Below are positions 60,016 through 64,000 of a DNA stretch of 64,000 nt, piece after piece (the first letter of the stretch is position 1; every line of letters begins with the position of its first letter). Made by a program: the position numbers and the translations under genes. Under the pieces are notes generated by a model, which saw nothing but the letters and a program-made list of their open reading frames with translations, was not told the DNA's origin and made no database searches. Source of the stretch: Selaginella moellendorffii (taxonomy: Eukaryota > Plantae > Lycopodiophyta); contig NW_003314333.1 in NCBI RefSeq assembly GCF_000143415.4, positions 571,207 through 635,206 on the forward strand, given 5' to 3'.

Positions 60016-63000
60016 AAGAGGAACGTACACCTCACTGTATATTTCCATGGTCCGGAACTTTTAAAAGTTCTTAATGTGAAAAAGAATCATCTTTCCCAAA
60101 TTTCTTCTAGTCAATATGTTCGAGCTAAACTTCTTTGCATAAGCATTCATATATTCAACTTGCCACCATTTAGTGCTCCCTTCAATCCTAAGATGATTGA
60201 AAGAACTACTATTTCCTGAAGTTGAGAGGGACTGTGTCCGGGGTAAAGTAGTCTCTATGAGGTGTACGAAAGTGCAAATCCTACGCGAGGTCGACTAGCT
60301 CTTTGTGGATCGAGAAGCTAATGCTGCTAGGCGAGCAAAGGCTTGACAAGCACCCAGACCGGTTGGAAAACAAATGGTGCATCAACAAATAGAACTTTTG
60401 CTAGCTTCCTTTGGTAGTAACAGTAAAAGATGTCGATCTTGCACAAACAAGCAAGATCTTCCTTCTCTTCCTCCTTAAGCACTCAAATGTGGAAGGAGGA
60501 CTAAACTGGAAGTAAAACTATCAACATGGTGCTCATAGTGGTTTGTACGGGAAAAATCCTCACCCACGATTAGCCATGTTGCAGCCGTGCTGCTACCCGC
60601 GATTGGGATGTGAAGATTCACGTGATGACGGTCCTGAGGATGGAGTTTGTTGCGTATCACTTGTCCGGAGGTGGTGTGGCGAAACCACCACAACTATTAT
60701 CATGACGCCTCCTCAGAAATTAGCTGTAATGCAAAGGGTCTGACTGCCCAGAATTCAACCAAGAGCCAGGCATGCTACGAGCAACACATAAGGAATTCGA
60801 TGTACTTAGCAGCTGCACTGTCTTTGTATGTCGCGAGTGATCTCTCCGAAACCGGCAGTGGGTCTGTAGCGAGTTTTACGGTCAGTCGGTCATCACCTCT
60901 CTCTGTTGTAGAAAAATGAGGTGATAGCGAATTGCATTTCTAATCGCACCAGATTGGAGATGCCTGCATCGAACCACCAGACTCCATGTTTGAAGCCACA
61001 CCTGAATAAACTCATCTCCAATTCCAAGCTTTATGATCCGGTTGATTCATGCGCATATGTCCTCAGAATCCTGCTCGATCGAACCAACCCATCACTCCAA
61101 CATCGATTGGCATAGTGTTGCATTGTGACATCCCATGATGTTCTGTTACATAATGTGACCATCATCGTCATAGCGTTATATAATTTCTTCAAATGAGAGT
61201 TCCACAATGTTGGAGGTGGTTTTAAGGTTCCCAAGCATGAACCACATCTACTTGGTGATAGATTAACTCATGGTGGCAGTGTAGCTTGTAGATTTTGTTC
61301 TTGATTCCTAGTTCCATGTCCTATGTCTCATAATTTTCTTGGAATTATGTGATTGTGTATTTTTGCAGAGAGAGCTCTATATAGCACTTTGTGTTGCACT
61401 ATAGAGTTGCTCAAAATCCCATGGCTCGATCAACACCTAGTTTATAGAGTGTTTAAGAATATCCAAAGCTAAATTACATTTAATTATATTGGTAAAATCA
61501 AAAATTTTAAAACCTTATGATTATATTATAATTTTCAAAATGGATATTCTACGATATTTTACTATCTAATAGTTGTTATTTATATAGGTTAGTTTTGTAT
61601 TTATAATTTATAAATTCCATAGTATATTCTTGTTCATTCTACCATCTAGTGGTTGATGAATCTTATATTACAAACATTTTAATAATTATTAATCAATTAG
61701 ATTATTCAATAATAATAAACAAGAATTATAAAGCAAATTAAGTGTTATTGCATGCAATTTGCAATAAACTATTATACTTTCTTAAGCATTTTAAGATTTT
61801 AAAAAGATAATATATTAGGAATATTCTGAAACATCCCTTAAATAGCAAAATAAAAAAAAATTTAAACATTGCATTCAATTAATGAAATATGAAATCATCT
61901 TTATAAGGATTTACATGGTGGAGATAATAGCATTTGGAACTCATCTTTAGCTTTTGTAGGATCTTTTAGTTAAGTAATATATTAATTATAGTACTATAAC
62001 ATATAAATTGTATATAAGGAAGGGTTTAAACCCCATCCTTGGAGGGCAAACCTTTTTTGCAATGTTTTACTCTAGTGTTTGGGATTTTATTTTTGTTTTT
62101 TATTCCTTTATTTCTCTTTTAAATCTAGATTTGTATTAATTTTTTTGTAAATTCTAGAATTCTTGCTATTGTTGTGTTTAGATTTGCTCTTCTTTTTACT
62201 CTTCATTGCATTCCCTTCTTATGCCATACCACATTATTACCAATGAAAGAGTATGTCATTTGAGGCTATTGATGCTGCTTTATTAAATTAAGTTTTTAGT
62301 GTTCTAGGGTGTGATTATATTGCTCTATATCAATAAAAAATGGTAAAACACTAAGAATATGATAAGTTGTGTAATTATATCTCACAAAAGTTGGAGACAA
62401 CAACACACCAAGGATGGGTATAACACTATAATCGTAACATTGATTAACGAGATATAAATGATGCAATTTGGTTTTTGGAAAATGTTTGAAGATCGAGCTT
62501 ATGAAAAGATGATGTGTATGAGCTTAAGTGAATTTCATATTGTAATGATGAGTTTGATTATTATAAAGATAGATTTGGAGATGAAATAGAGATTTTGTGG
62601 GGTAAGTATTAATCTTTTAATTTACCATCAGATCCTTTTTCTTTACCTTCTCATCTTTCCCAACTATTTTTTTATTTTTCAGCTTGAACCACTTTTTCAT
62701 ATTCTTAGTTGTAAGTCATAAATTTTTTAATCCAAAGTCCTTTAGCTTGGATAACTACTTAGACATGGTTTGAAAGTAGACTAAGTTTTGAGATAACATA
62801 ATGTTTTAATTATAATTTTGCTTTTGTCAAAGCCTTGTAAGATTTAGATGAATAATTCTTTAATTTTTTCTTCACTAAAGCTAGCTTTAGTTCTTTTCAA
62901 ACTGGAGTCAAAGACAATAGTTACAGACGACTAATTTTCCTACTTGTATATGCCTAAAACAATTATGACACACTTATGAAAAATATGTCCTCTAATACTT

Positions 63001-63844
63001 AAGTGAGAACTTGCTTAGAAGAAAAGACTTCTAGAGTAGTTAATTATGCTTTCCATATCAAACAAACTCCATTCTTTCTTCTTTTGGATTTTTCTCATAA
63101 AATTACTTGTAAAATAATTTAAACTTGAATTTCTTGGCAATATATACTGTATTTCAATTTCAAACTCATCCCATCTTTATAGCTTTGGTGACAGATAAAA
63201 ATTTTATTCACTTTTGGTGGCCATAGTGGGATAAGCTAGCACTCTAGCTTGAAAAATAACCAAGAGAAAATCATTTGTAAATTTCAAATGTGCTCAACAC
63301 TAAGAATTATAAATAGATCTTTTAAATGATTGCAGAGGCCCTGAAACCCAAACAACACTGAACAAAAGAGTTTTTTTTGCGATTACAGTGGCATAATGTT
63401 TAGATAACACAAGAAAGATAGTTTTCTGTATCTATACTTGCATTCTTGCCTTTACCTACAAAATAGTGACAAATAAACAAAAACAAGAACATAGAAGGAG
63501 AAAAAAAGAAAATAAAGAAAAGGAGAATAAAAGAGAACTCATCATTAAACCCTAAAGACATGAGTAAGGATAAGTATATATCACTATCTCAACTCTATTT
63601 TGCATAAACAATTATAAATGGGAGAAACATGGTTAATTCAATGCAAATTGTTTTTTAGCATAGTTAAGTATATAATTTTATAACCATTTCTAATTGCTTC
63701 ACATTTGTCTATAATGAGCATTGCTTAAGTCAAATCTTTCTTCTTTGAATGCCTAAGCTTAAGTGTAACTCCATTTCGCCTAAATTTCCTTCTTTACTTT
63801 ATTTGGGAAGATATACAAAATAAAACATTTACTTCTTCATTACA

Positions 63845-63950
63845 CTAAGTAGGAGTTGGTACAATAGACAGAACCTTGGCAATAAAACTTAACTAAGGCC
63901 AAGGCAGTGGTTGTTAAATAAACAAGGTAAAACTGACAAATTACAAAAGT
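63845..63950 (+). repeat. Fragment of chromovirus LTR 3' end
   Basis: aagtaggagttggtac..agaaccttggcaa..gccaaggcagtg matches 25739-25840. Confidence 0.6.
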
Positions 63951-64000
63951 ATCCCAAGTTTAAATTTTCTATGCATATTGCAAAAGCTTATGAAATTTGA

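Overview
Repeat-rich nuclear DNA of a land plant. The style of the PPR genes and the ~50-nt introns suggest a lycophyte such as Selaginella (inference). Host genes: a PLS-E-DYW PPR editing factor, a fasciclin-like arabinogalactan protein, a chimeric PPR, a diverged Nup155-like gene with a kinase-like ORF, and two tandem helicase-C-only genes. Mobile elements: several 5S-rRNA-bearing Cassandra TRIMs, a near-intact Ty3/gypsy element with a -1 frameshift site, solo LTRs, and a chromovirus whose integrase is split by two spliceosomal-type introns. Nested in that chromovirus is a 12.4-kb TIR DNA transposon with a Sola-like transposase. It also carries a divergent multi-exon gene with ParB/Srx-like, degenerate DNA-MTase-like and FCP1/HAD phosphatase regions, plus more than 20 copies of a 22-bp palindrome placed mostly in its own introns and non-coding DNA. 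This parS/ParB-like arrangement is the best candidate for an undescribed system. The chromovirus also shares termini, PBS and PPT with Cassandra and may have co-integrated with a Cassandra LTR and telomeric repeats. All protein family calls come from motifs recognised by eye; no database searches were run.
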